Shown here piece by piece: positions 40,715-49,617 of a DNA stretch of 64,000 bases. A model generated the notes under the pieces. That model had not been told where the DNA came from. It did not search any database and saw nothing but the letters and a program-made list of their open reading frames with translations. The position numbers and the translations under genes are program-made. The stretch's first letter is position 1. Each line of letters opens with the position of its first letter. The stretch covers positions 699,426 to 763,425 of the forward strand of contig CAVRXP010000002.1 of the NCBI GenBank assembly GCA_963725265.1. The letters are read 5' to 3'. The stretch comes from an uncultured Solirubrobacterales bacterium (GTDB taxonomy: Bacteria; Actinomycetota; Thermoleophilia; Solirubrobacterales; Solirubrobacteraceae).

Positions 40715-41974
40715 GTGCGCCCGAAGCCAATCCGTGGAGTTGAGATTCGCAAGCGTGGAGGAGGAGGCCGTGAGGTCTACTACGTCTACCGGGTCCGGTT
40801 TCAGAACGCGCGGGGCGAGCGCGCCCAGCGGACGTTCGACACCGCGCAGGACGCCCTGGACTTCCGTGCTCGCCTGCGGCTGCTCAAGCGCACCGGAGAC
40901 CTCGCCGTGCTCGAAGCTGGCAACGAGACGCTCGCGCAGTTCATGGGCGACTTCTGGCGTCTGTATGCCGAGACCCGCCTGGAGAGCAGCACACGCAGGA
41001 AGTACCGCTGCCTGTGGAACGCCCACATCGCGCGGAGGCTCGGTGCGATGCAGCTACGCCAGATCACTCCGCTTGCGCTCAGCGAGTTCATCCTCGAACT
41101 CCAACAGGCCAGGGCGGGCGCGGCCGCGATCCGGAGCTGCCTGGGCCTGCTGCAGAGCATGTTCGCGCGAGCGGTGGAATGGGATAGGGCAAGCGTCAAC
41201 GTGGTCAAGCTGATCACCAAGCCGCGTGCTCCACGCGTACGTGCGATTAAGCCGCTGCGCCCCATCGAAGTCGAGGCGCTGCGCCGTCAGATGCTGCTCA
41301 ATCCCGACCACGGATTGCGGGACGCCACGCTCGTGAGCGTCCTCGCGTATGCCGGTCTGCGCCCCGAGGAGGCCCTCGCCCTGGAATACCGGCATGTGCG
41401 CAAGACGACGGTTCTGGTCGAGCAGAAGTGGATCGACGGAGAGATCGTGCCTGGCCAGAAGACGACTCGCCCTCCGCGGTGTCCGCCATTGCTCGATGTG
41501 CTGCGCGGCGATCTGGGTGAGTACCGGCTGGCGTGCGGCGATCTGGATGGCGTGATCTTCGCACGCCCGGATGGGGCGCCCTGGCGCGATCACGATTGGC
41601 GAGACTGGCGATCGCGTGTCTGGCAGCCGGCGTGCGTGGCGATCGGTATCGCCACCATCACCAAAACCCCCGTCGTGTACGCCGGCAAACGCAGAATCAG
41701 CCGAACCTACGATGGTCCGGTGCCCTACGACCTGCGCCACAGCTTCGCGAGCCTGCTGATCCACGAAGGCAAGCATTCGATCATGCAGATCGCCGAGTGG
41801 ATGGGCCACAGCGCCGCAACCCTGCTCACCCACCACGCACACCTCATCGCCGACGGCGCCGACAGGTGGACTCTGTCGAGCGAGCAAGCAATCAGGGCAG
41901 CCCGCGAAGGCCAGACGCCCCACACAGCCAGCAGCTCGACAGCCGGCAACGCCCACTGCCTCCTAATGCGGTGA
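40715..41974 (+). CDS. Tyrosine recombinase/integrase; expected catalytic Tyr appears as His
   Basis: AYAGLRPEEALAL, YDLRHSFAS, WMGHS...THHAH. Confidence 0.93.
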   Translation: MRPKPIRGVEIRKRGGGGREVYYVYRVRFQNARGERAQRTFDTAQDALDFRARLRLLKRTGDLAVLEAGNETLAQFMGDFWRLYAETRLESSTRRKYRCLWNAHIARRLGAMQLRQITPLALSEFILELQQARAGAAAIRSCLGLLQSMFARAVEWDRASVNVVKLITKPRAPRVRAIKPLRPIEVEALRRQMLLNPDHGLRDATLVSVLAYAGLRPEEALALEYRHVRKTTVLVEQKWIDGEIVPGQKTTRPPRCPPLLDVLRGDLGEYRLACGDLDGVIFARPDGAPWRDHDWRDWRSRVWQPACVAIGIATITKTPVVYAGKRRISRTYDGPVPYDLRHSFASLLIHEGKHSIMQIAEWMGHSAATLLTHHAHLIADGADRWTLSSEQAIRAAREGQTPHTASSSTAGNAHCLLMR

Positions 41975-42138
41975 AGTGTCTCCTAGCACGACCGTCACGA
42001 ACTCGCAGTTATACGTTTTTATCCGCGAGTATCCGGTTTTCCGGATAGAACCAGACGTCTTCCGTTGCGATATCGCGCGTGGGCACGGCGATATCTTCGC
42101 CCTCCACGGCCAGTGGTATTACTTGCTAGTCTTACCGT

Positions 42139-42354
42139 ATGAGGGTCACGCAGAAGGGTCAGGTCACGATTCCGCTGCAGGTGCGGCGGGCGCTCGGCAT
42201 CGGTCCGGGCAGCGATGTGGACTTTGAGCTCGACGACCACGGCGCGCGGCTGCTCGTCGATTCCTACCGGGCCGCCGAGGAGATCAGCCATATGCGTGGC
42301 GCCGGCGAAGGCGAGATGAGCACTGAGGAGATCCTCGCCCTGACTCGCCGGTGA
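42139..42354 (+). CDS. vapB: AbrB/MazE-type antitoxin
   Basis: MRVTQKGQVTIP; leaderless TAGTCT-N6-ATG promoter. Confidence 0.92.
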   Translation: MRVTQKGQVTIPLQVRRALGIGPGSDVDFELDDHGARLLVDSYRAAEEISHMRGAGEGEMSTEEILALTRR

Positions 42355-42364
42355 GCGGCTGAGC

Positions 42365-42763
42365 TTGGAGACGTTCGTCGACAGCAGCGTCCTGCTTGAC
42401 CTCTTCACTGAGGACCCACGCTGGCTGTCCTGGTCGCAAGAGCAGCTCACGCAGGCGGCCCAGCGAGGCGCGCTCGTCCTCAACGCCGTCGTGCTTGCCG
42501 AGATCGCCCCTAGGTTCCCGCGCATCGAGACGCTGCGCTCGGCGTTGCCCTCGATGGCGGTCATCGAGGACATCCCGCCGCCGGCGGCATTCCTTGCCGG
42601 GCACGCCCACGCCAACTACCGCCGCGCGGGAGGAACGCGTGAGGCCGTACTTCCGGACTTCCTGATCGGCGCACACGCCGCCTTGACTAGGCGGTCGCTG
42701 CTTACTCGCGACCCGCGCCGCGTAGCCGCCTACATTCCCGGCGCCACGCTCATCGCCCCGTAG
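42365..42763 (+). CDS. vapC: PIN-domain toxin
   Basis: FVDSSVLLD, AE, LPDFLIGAHA, LLTRD. Confidence 0.93.
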   Translation: METFVDSSVLLDLFTEDPRWLSWSQEQLTQAAQRGALVLNAVVLAEIAPRFPRIETLRSALPSMAVIEDIPPPAAFLAGHAHANYRRAGGTREAVLPDFLIGAHAALTRRSLLTRDPRRVAAYIPGATLIAP

Positions 42764-42790
42764 TATTGGCAAGACTTACAGTGTGCCTGG

Positions 42791-43980
42791 ATGTCGGACA
42801 CCGATCTACTTAGCCAGCTCTGCACGCCTGACGAGCGCACACTGGCACATTCGCCACTTGGTCTCGGAGGACGACTGCTGCCAGAGGATGCGGCTCGGTT
42901 TCAAGCAGCGGCGATCGAGCAGGCGCAGCTAGCCAAAATCGTCCCGGAGGGAATCCGCAACTACTTTGAGCGTATCCGCAAGCTGCATTTACACGGTGTG
43001 CTTGAGTACGAGTTCTTCTTTGCGGCGCACGATCTACGGCTGCTCGCCATCGAGGCAGCGCTTCGCGTGCGCTTCGTCGAACACTACTCCGGGCGCATCC
43101 CGATTATCGCCAAGGGACGAAAGGTCTCAAACGCACCCGCCGTGATGCCCGCCGTGACCACGAAGGGCGCTGCGGCGACGCTTCTGGCACGCAATTTCGA
43201 TGACGTTTGGCACGCCGCGCCTTACTGGCATCTCGGGCCGCTTCCATGGTGCGAGACGACGCGACTACCGACCGGACTTGAGGCGCTGCTTGCTTGGGCC
43301 AGACGGGAAGGGCTGCTACCGGGTAGGCGCACCCGATTTGTCGATCAGGCGCTCGTCAAACTCCGCAATTGGGCTGCACATCCCACCGACTACACACTAG
43401 TAGGGCCACCTGAGTCAGCAGGCGGCTTGCAGCATGCTGCAGAACTGATCAACAAGCTCTGGGGAATCGATACACCGAACGGTCACTTGTTCCCTCCTCC
43501 CGTCTACCGCGAACCACGTGTAGCCGCAATCGCCGCCGATGGTAAAGCTGCAAGCACGATGCGTCTTGACCAAGTCGCTGGCGTTGAGGCCAAGGAGAAG
43601 GATTACGAGTTCGCTGTCTTCCTCGCGGCTCCGCATGAGCAGCTCACACGGCGCGGCGCAGAGATTAGGTTCGCCTATCGCGACGGAGTGCAGACAACCC
43701 AATTCCCATGCAGGCAGCTCTTCAGAGGCAATTGGCTGAGCTTCTCAAGCAGATCGAGGGCGGAGTCTTCGAGGACGTTGCCGACTCGATCGAGTTCCTA
43801 GACAGGCTTTTTCTTATTCGCATCCTCACCGATCAAGACGGCGTAGACGACGCTCGCTCGCCAGAGGACGTACTCGCACTCTCAGAGCCACTGGAAGGCA
43901 ATTGGCTAGCGATCATTGCTGACTCTCCCTTTGACGCCCGTACGCACGCTGTCCTACACCGCATGGTTGATCTGCTTGAA
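42791..43980 (+). pseudogene. HEPN-motif hypothetical protein, frameshifted (~43740) and apparently truncated
   Basis: LAIEAALR...LRNWAAHP; continues in another frame as ELLKQIEGG...LDRLFLIR. Confidence 0.65.
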
Positions 43981-44437
43981 GACCTCTCCTTGAGCGGCTG
44001 CTGCCGCTGCGCGGCCAATACGCCGAGGACGAGCGCAAGCTCACGTTCGTCGGCGAGGCACGCCGCCTGTTCGATCCTCTCAATGTCATCGTCTGCCCGA
44101 GTTGCCTGCAGAACCTGCCGGAGCCTCCGCGCATCGAGGACTCCGGCTGCACCCTCTGCGGCCAGGAGCTGCTCAAGGACCCAGACTCGGGCTTTGACGT
44201 TGATGCCGAGCGCCGCGCGACAAGCGAGCGCATGCGCGACCTCGACCGCTACATCGACGAGGTTCAGGAGGAGGTCCGATTGGTTGCAGAGACCGTGGCC
44301 GAGACCAGGTTCGCGGAGCAGCGAATCGAAGCCGAGCTCGACAGTCGCGTAGCGAGTGACCTCAGCCCATTTGTGCACGACCGCGAGATCCTGATCGCTG
44401 GCCGCGAGCAGCTGCAGGCCCGGGACGCCGCCCTAGA

Positions 44438-45494
44438 TGACCTGCCCACGGACTTAGTAAACGCCTGAAGGGCTGTCCGGCCCCCGACGGAAGGTGCGGT
44501 TACCACAACTGCATCTCTCGAGGGAGGCCGGACATGGAAGACCGTAGGTGCAAGCTCGGACTGGCTGGGCGTCTGGAGCTGGTGAGGCTGATCGAGCAGG
44601 GTTCCTCGCTGCGAGCGGCGGCGCGTGCGTTGGGGGTCGCACCGGCGACTGCACACCGCTGGTGGCATCGTTGGCAGGCGGCATCAGAGGAGCAGCGCTA
44701 CTCGCGGGAGGCTCTTCAGACTCGTCGGCCGGTGCCTCATAGTTGTCCTTGGGCGCTGAGCGCGGAGCAGGAACAGAAGATCCTCGGCGCGCGTGAGAAG
44801 ACCAACTGGGGCCCGATGCGCCTGACCTATCTGACGGGCTCGCATCGCTCGACGATCTGGAAGGTGCTGGCTCGCCACGGCTGCTCGCGCAGACGCCGAT
44901 CCACCCAGCGTGAGAGCTCTCGCCGCTATGAGTGGTCAGAAGCCGGGGCGTTGCTGCACATCGATGCCTTCCAGGTCCCGAAGTTCTCGGTTCCTGGACA
45001 CTGGGCAACTGGGCAACGCGCAGAGCGACACAAGACGCGTCGGGCCGGCAAGACCGTCGTGATCGGCGTGATCGATGACCACACTCGCTTGGCCTATTGC
45101 GAGCTGCACAGCGCTGAGAACGCGATCAACGTCTCGGTGACCCTGGCTCGCGCTGCTGCCTGGTTCATCGAGCAGGGCTGCGGGCCGGTGCAGGCGGTGA
45201 TGTCTGACAATGCCAAGTGCTACTCGCAGAGCATCGCTTTCCGGCAGACACTTACGACTCTCGGTGCTCGCCACATCCTGATCCCGCCATACACGCCCCG
45301 CTGGAACGGGAAGGTTGAGCGCTTCTTCGGCACGCTCAACACGGAGTGGGCGCATGGGCGCGTTTGGCCCAGCAGCGACAAGCGGGATCGCGCCCTGTCA
45401 TCGTTTATACGCTTCTACAACCGCAGGCGACCACACTCAGCCGCCAGCGGCCGAGCACCCATCAGCCGCGTTCAGCAGGTCCGTGGGCAGGACA
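44438..45494 (+). mobile_element. IS481-family insertion sequence, 1057 bp
   Basis: IRs TG(A/T)CCTGCCCACGGAC...; 6-bp TSD CCTAGA at 44432-44437 and 45495-45500. Confidence 0.95.
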
Positions 45495-45499
45495 CCTAG
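44534..45499 (+). CDS. IS481-family DDE transposase
   Basis: LLHID, IDDHTR, MSDNA, PYTPRWNGKVERF, YNRRRPHS; stop codon supplied by the TSD. Confidence 0.95.
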   Translation: MEDRRCKLGLAGRLELVRLIEQGSSLRAAARALGVAPATAHRWWHRWQAASEEQRYSREALQTRRPVPHSCPWALSAEQEQKILGAREKTNWGPMRLTYLTGSHRSTIWKVLARHGCSRRRRSTQRESSRRYEWSEAGALLHIDAFQVPKFSVPGHWATGQRAERHKTRRAGKTVVIGVIDDHTRLAYCELHSAENAINVSVTLARAAAWFIEQGCGPVQAVMSDNAKCYSQSIAFRQTLTTLGARHILIPPYTPRWNGKVERFFGTLNTEWAHGRVWPSSDKRDRALSSFIRFYNRRRPHSAASGRAPISRVQQVRGQDT

Positions 45500-46213
45500 A
45501 CCAAGCGGTCGCGTCACACGAGGCGCTCGAGCGCCGCAAGACAGACCTGAACACGCTCGAGGCGCGGCAGCAGGTGCTCCGCAAGGAGCTGGATGAGCGG
45601 CGCAAGAACCGGCCGGAGAAGGAGCAAGTCGTCGCAGACCTCGGCGAGCACTTCGCCAATCTGCTGCGCGCCTGGGGATTCCCCAAGGTCGATGAGGACG
45701 GTGCTCCACGACTGGACGAGGACTTCGTGCCGTGGGTGCACGGCAGGCCTTACCGGGAGGTTGGCTCCTCGGGCGCCCTGACCCTGATTGCGGTCGCCTG
45801 GCAGCTGACGATCTTCGAGTGCGCCGTCGAGGAGGGGCGGCCGCACCCGGGTTTCCTCGTCATCGACAGCCCGCAGAAGAACCTCTCTCCCGACGCTGTC
45901 GGCGACACAGACTTCCTGGACCCGAAGATCGTCGAGAGTATGTGGAGCCACATGGCGAGATGGTGCAAGAACCATCCGCAGGCCCAGCTCATTGTCGTCG
46001 ACAACACTCCACCGGCCCTAGTCAGCGACCATGTGGTCGTCCGATTCAGCCGTGATCCTTCGCTACCGCCCTACGGCTTGATCAGCGATGAGACCGGCTA
46101 GAGACTGTGTCCTCCGCCCATCCAATCGCGGAGAGAAGCGCCCCAAGAACCGCAGAAAAAGCCCAAGCTTTTCAGGAGCGTGCAAAAGCGCTCGGTTATG
46201 CGGTTTTGAGGCA

Positions 46214-46286
46214 AGCCGACGCCCGGTCTCGAACCGGGGACCTCCTGCTTACCATGCAGGTGCTCTACCTACTGAGCTACGTCGGC
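46214..46286 (-). tRNA. tRNA-Thr(GGT), intact, inside the element
   Basis: Full cloverleaf: GCCGACG/CGTCGGC, CCTGC-ATGGTAA-GCAGG, CCCGG-TTCGAGA-CCGGG. Confidence 0.96.
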
Positions 46287-46368
46287 GCGGATCGCCAATC
46301 CTAGCGTTCCTGGGGCCGAGGAGCTAGGATCGAGCCCGAACTTGACCACCCGAGACTCCCCGTCTTGC

Positions 46369-46412
46369 TGGGGGTGTTTTGGAGGCTTCCTGGGGGACGC
46401 TGGGGGTGTTTT
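46369..46412 (+). repeat. Candidate integrase arm-type sites (right)
   Basis: TGGGGGTGTTT-like units at 46369, 46380, 46391, 46401. Confidence 0.65.
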
Positions 46413-46503
46413 ACTCCCGCCAAACAGTCCCCCGGAGTCCTTCCAAGCCCCGAAAAACCGGACAGGACGGGACCTCGCGCGACCAGGAGGCTCCCTTGCG
46501 AAA

Positions 46504-46547
46504 CCATGGTAAGGCGGAGGTCTCGGGTTCGATTCCCGACGTCGGCT
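46504..46547 (+). pseudogene. 3' half of the split tRNA-Thr(GGT) (attR)
   Basis: CCATGGTAA-GGCGG-AGGTC-TCGGG-TTCGATT-CCCGA-CGTCGGCT. Confidence 0.92.
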
Positions 46548-46780
46548 CTTATGATCGGGTTGCGCGCTGGAGGCATGAGATGCCGTCAAGGAGCGCGAAT
46601 GCGGGCAGCGGCGACGCGCGAGCTCCGGGCGCTCGTGCGGATCCTCGCGCGCCCCGGCTGTGGGCGCCCGCTCGGCCTCCGGCGTGCCCGCTTTAGCCAT
46701 CGCCGGCGGCGGCCCGCAGGTGGGCGCCCGGGGCCGGCGCTGCCGCGGCGCTCGGCGAGCGTTCTCGATACCTTGAGCAT

Positions 46781-48277
46781 ATGGATACTTCGGATATCGC
46801 AATGGACCACGAGGTCGTCGTGATCGGTGCGGGCTTTTCGGGTATCGGGGCGGCGATCAAGCTCGACCAAGCCGGCTTCCGCGACTTCGTCGTGCTCGAG
46901 GCCGGGGACGGTGTCGGGGGCGCCTGGCATTGGAACACCTACCCGGGGATAGCGGTCGACATCCCGTCCTTCAGCTACCAGTTCTCCTTCGAGAAGCGCA
47001 GCGACTGGTCGCGCGTGTACGCACCGGGGACGGAGCTCAAGGCCTACGCGGAGCACTGCGTGGACAAGTACGGGGTGCGCGATCGCATCCAGCTGAACAC
47101 CAAGGTGGTCGGGGCGAGGTTCGACGAGGACGCCCACGCGTGGCGCATCCAGACCGCGGACGGCGAGCAGATCATCGCGCGATACGTGGTTGGCGCGACA
47201 GGCGTGTTCAGCCAGCCAACACCGCCCGAGATCGAGGGCCTCGACTCCTTCGCCGGCACGACCATGCACACGGCGCGCTGGGATCACTCGGTCGAGTTGC
47301 GCGGCAAGCGCGTCGGGGTGATCGGCACGGGTGCCTCGGCGATCCAGCTCATCCCCGCGATCGCCCCTGAAGTCGAGCAGGTCACCGTCTTCCAACGCAC
47401 TCCCATTTGGTGCCTACCCAAGCTCGACGCGCCGATGAGCCCGCGCGTGCGCCGAGCACTGCGTTCGGTGCCCGGCGCCGAGCTCGCCACACGCTGGGCC
47501 AGTCAGGCCTTTGTGGAGCTCACCTTCGTGCTCGCCGCCCACTTCGCCCGCCAGTTCCCGAGTCTCACTGCCCGCGGTGAAGCCACCGCTCGGAAGATGC
47601 TCCGCGAGGTCAAGGATCCCGTCGTGCGCGAGAAGCTCACGCCTAAGTACTCCCTCGGGTGCAAGCGCCCGAGCTTCTCCAATGAGTACATCCCAGTCTT
47701 CAACCGGGAGAACGTGCTGCTCGAAACCACCTCCATTGAGGCGATCACCGAGACGGGCGTTCGTATGAGCGACGGGGTCGAGCATCCTCTTGACGTGCTC
47801 GTCCTTGCAACCGGGTTCAAGGTGTTCGACTCGGGGAACCTGCCGGCATTCGAGATGCTGGGCGCGGGTGGTGTCGACCTCGAGGAGTGGTGGGATGCCA
47901 ACCGGCTGCAGGCCTATGAGGGCGTGAGCGTCCCCGGCTTTCCGAACTCCTTCTCGATCCTCGGACCCTACGCGTTCAACGGCCAGTCCTACTTCGGTCT
48001 GATCGAGACCCAGATGCGCCACATCGTGCGCTGCCTGAAGCGGGCGCGCAGCGAAGGCGCCACGCGCGTGGAGATCACGCCCGAGGCCAACCGTCGCTAT
48101 TTCGAATCGATGCTCGGGCGCCGCCACAACCAGGTCTTCTTCCGGGGCGCCTGCTCGAACGCGAACAGCTACTACTTCGACAAGCACGGCGACGCGCCGT
48201 TCCGGGCCAGCCTCTCGCTCGAGGCGGCCTGGCGCAGCGCCCGCTTCGACCTCGACGACTACGCGTTCGCACGATGA
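46781..48277 (+). CDS. Baeyer-Villiger-type flavin monooxygenase
   Basis: GAGFSG, NTYPG...D, FAGTTMHTARW, GTGASA, GCKR. Confidence 0.95.
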   Translation: MDTSDIAMDHEVVVIGAGFSGIGAAIKLDQAGFRDFVVLEAGDGVGGAWHWNTYPGIAVDIPSFSYQFSFEKRSDWSRVYAPGTELKAYAEHCVDKYGVRDRIQLNTKVVGARFDEDAHAWRIQTADGEQIIARYVVGATGVFSQPTPPEIEGLDSFAGTTMHTARWDHSVELRGKRVGVIGTGASAIQLIPAIAPEVEQVTVFQRTPIWCLPKLDAPMSPRVRRALRSVPGAELATRWASQAFVELTFVLAAHFARQFPSLTARGEATARKMLREVKDPVVREKLTPKYSLGCKRPSFSNEYIPVFNRENVLLETTSIEAITETGVRMSDGVEHPLDVLVLATGFKVFDSGNLPAFEMLGAGGVDLEEWWDANRLQAYEGVSVPGFPNSFSILGPYAFNGQSYFGLIETQMRHIVRCLKRARSEGATRVEITPEANRRYFESMLGRRHNQVFFRGACSNANSYYFDKHGDAPFRASLSLEAAWRSARFDLDDYAFAR

Positions 48278-48353
48278 CCAAGCCCGACCTTCCCGGGTCG
48301 GACTGGGTCGAGCTCTTGCGCGTGCTCGCCGGATCGACCCTCGCGGGTGCCCG

Positions 48354-49517
48354 ATGAAGGCCGTGAACTGTAAAGAAGGCCAGTTGACGGTCGTCGATCT
48401 GCCGACGCCTGCCCCTGAGGAGGGGCAGGTATTGATCGATGTCCTTCGCTGTGGCATCTGCGGATCGGACCTTCATGCTCGCCATCACTGCAACGAGATG
48501 GCAGACGTGGCTCTGGAGACCGGCTATGCAGACTTCATGCGCTCCGACCAGGACGTCGTCATGGGGCACGAGTTCTGCGGTGAGATCGTCGAACACGGCC
48601 CCTCCTGCCGGCGGTCGGTGCCGACGGGGACGACGGTGGTCTCGTTGCCTCTGCTGCGTGTCGGAAAGGACGTCCACGCCACCGGTCTGTCGGTGGCGGC
48701 TCCCGGTGCCTACGCGGAGCAGATGCTCGTACAGGAGTCTCTTACCGTTCCCGTGCCCAATGGCCTCGCGCCAGGAGTCGCCGTGCTGACCGAGCCGATG
48801 GCTGTCGGCTGGCACGCTGTACGCCGAGGTGAGGTCAAGAAGCGCACCGTCGCGGTCGTCATCGGCTGCGGGCCGATCGGCCTGTCGGTGATCTGCATGC
48901 TCAAGGCACACGGTGTGCGCACCGTGATCGCGAGCGACTTCTCCGCGGGGCGTCGCGCGTTGGCGAGAGCATGCGGCGCTGACGTCGTCGTCGACCCAGC
49001 ACACGAATCGCCCCACGCTTCAGCCGAGAAGCACGGGCACCTCACCGCGGTTCCCGCCGCCCTCGATCTAGCGGTTGACGGTATGGGCAAGATGCAGCGG
49101 CTTCCGATTCCCTGGCATCACACCTGGCGCGCGGCCGAAGCGCTCGGCCTGGCCAAGCCCAAGAGCCCCGTGATCTTTGAATGCGTGGGCGTGCCCGGGG
49201 TGCTCGACCAGGTGATCGCGAGTGCGCCTCTGTTCTCCCGCGTGGTCGTCGTGGGCGTGTGTATGGGTACGGACAAGATCAGGCCGGCAATGGCGATCAA
49301 CAAGGAAATCGAGCTGCGCTTCGTCCTCGGTTACACCCCCATCGAGTTCCGCGACACGCTTCACATGCTCGCCGAGGGAAAGGTGAACCCCGGTCCTCTC
49401 CTCACCGCCACCGTGGGACTCGACGGCGTCGAGAAGGCATTCGAGGCGCTCGGAGATCCCGAGACCCACGCGAAGATCCTGGTCGACCCAAAGAGCACCG
49501 CCGCCGCGGTGATGTAG
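48354..49517 (+). CDS. Zinc-binding (MDR) dehydrogenase
   Basis: CGICGSDLH, GHEFCG, GCGPIG. Confidence 0.93.
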   Translation: MKAVNCKEGQLTVVDLPTPAPEEGQVLIDVLRCGICGSDLHARHHCNEMADVALETGYADFMRSDQDVVMGHEFCGEIVEHGPSCRRSVPTGTTVVSLPLLRVGKDVHATGLSVAAPGAYAEQMLVQESLTVPVPNGLAPGVAVLTEPMAVGWHAVRRGEVKKRTVAVVIGCGPIGLSVICMLKAHGVRTVIASDFSAGRRALARACGADVVVDPAHESPHASAEKHGHLTAVPAALDLAVDGMGKMQRLPIPWHHTWRAAEALGLAKPKSPVIFECVGVPGVLDQVIASAPLFSRVVVVGVCMGTDKIRPAMAINKEIELRFVLGYTPIEFRDTLHMLAEGKVNPGPLLTATVGLDGVEKAFEALGDPETHAKILVDPKSTAAAVM

Positions 49518-49617
49518 TCGTCCATCCACGCGCGAGCGTGGCGGGCAGTCGGGAACGCGCGGCTGCACTCCCGCTTGTCGTGGTCCATTGCGTCTGCTTT
49601 CGTTATGGTCCGGTGCC

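Larger units (their letters stand above)
43980..46101 (+). pseudogene. C-terminal half of an SMC/Rad50-like ABC ATPase (ABC three-component type), IS-interrupted
   Basis: CPSC/CTLC hook, coiled coil, GSSG signature, HPGFLVIDSP Walker B; reads through in frame when the IS is removed; no Walker A. Confidence 0.8.
40483..46512. mobile_element. Integrative element inserted in the tRNA-Thr(GGT) anticodon loop
   Basis: Direct repeat CCATGGTAA at 40483-40491 and 46504-46512; integrase next to attL; arm-like repeats inside both ends. Confidence 0.9.

Noticed and set aside
40492-46248. Inversion between the 40483 core and the core in the minus-strand tRNA
   Set aside because: Undoing it pairs CCGCC with GCAGG, which gives a broken anticodon stem. 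The observed partners CCGCC/GGCGG and CCTGC/GCAGG are perfect.
40483-46512. Prophage
   Set aside because: No structural, packaging, lysis or replication genes are visible.
40454-46547. Intron-containing or trans-spliced tRNA
   Set aside because: The duplicated 9-bp core, adjacent integrase and arm-like repeats fit site-specific integration, and no group I intron features are seen.
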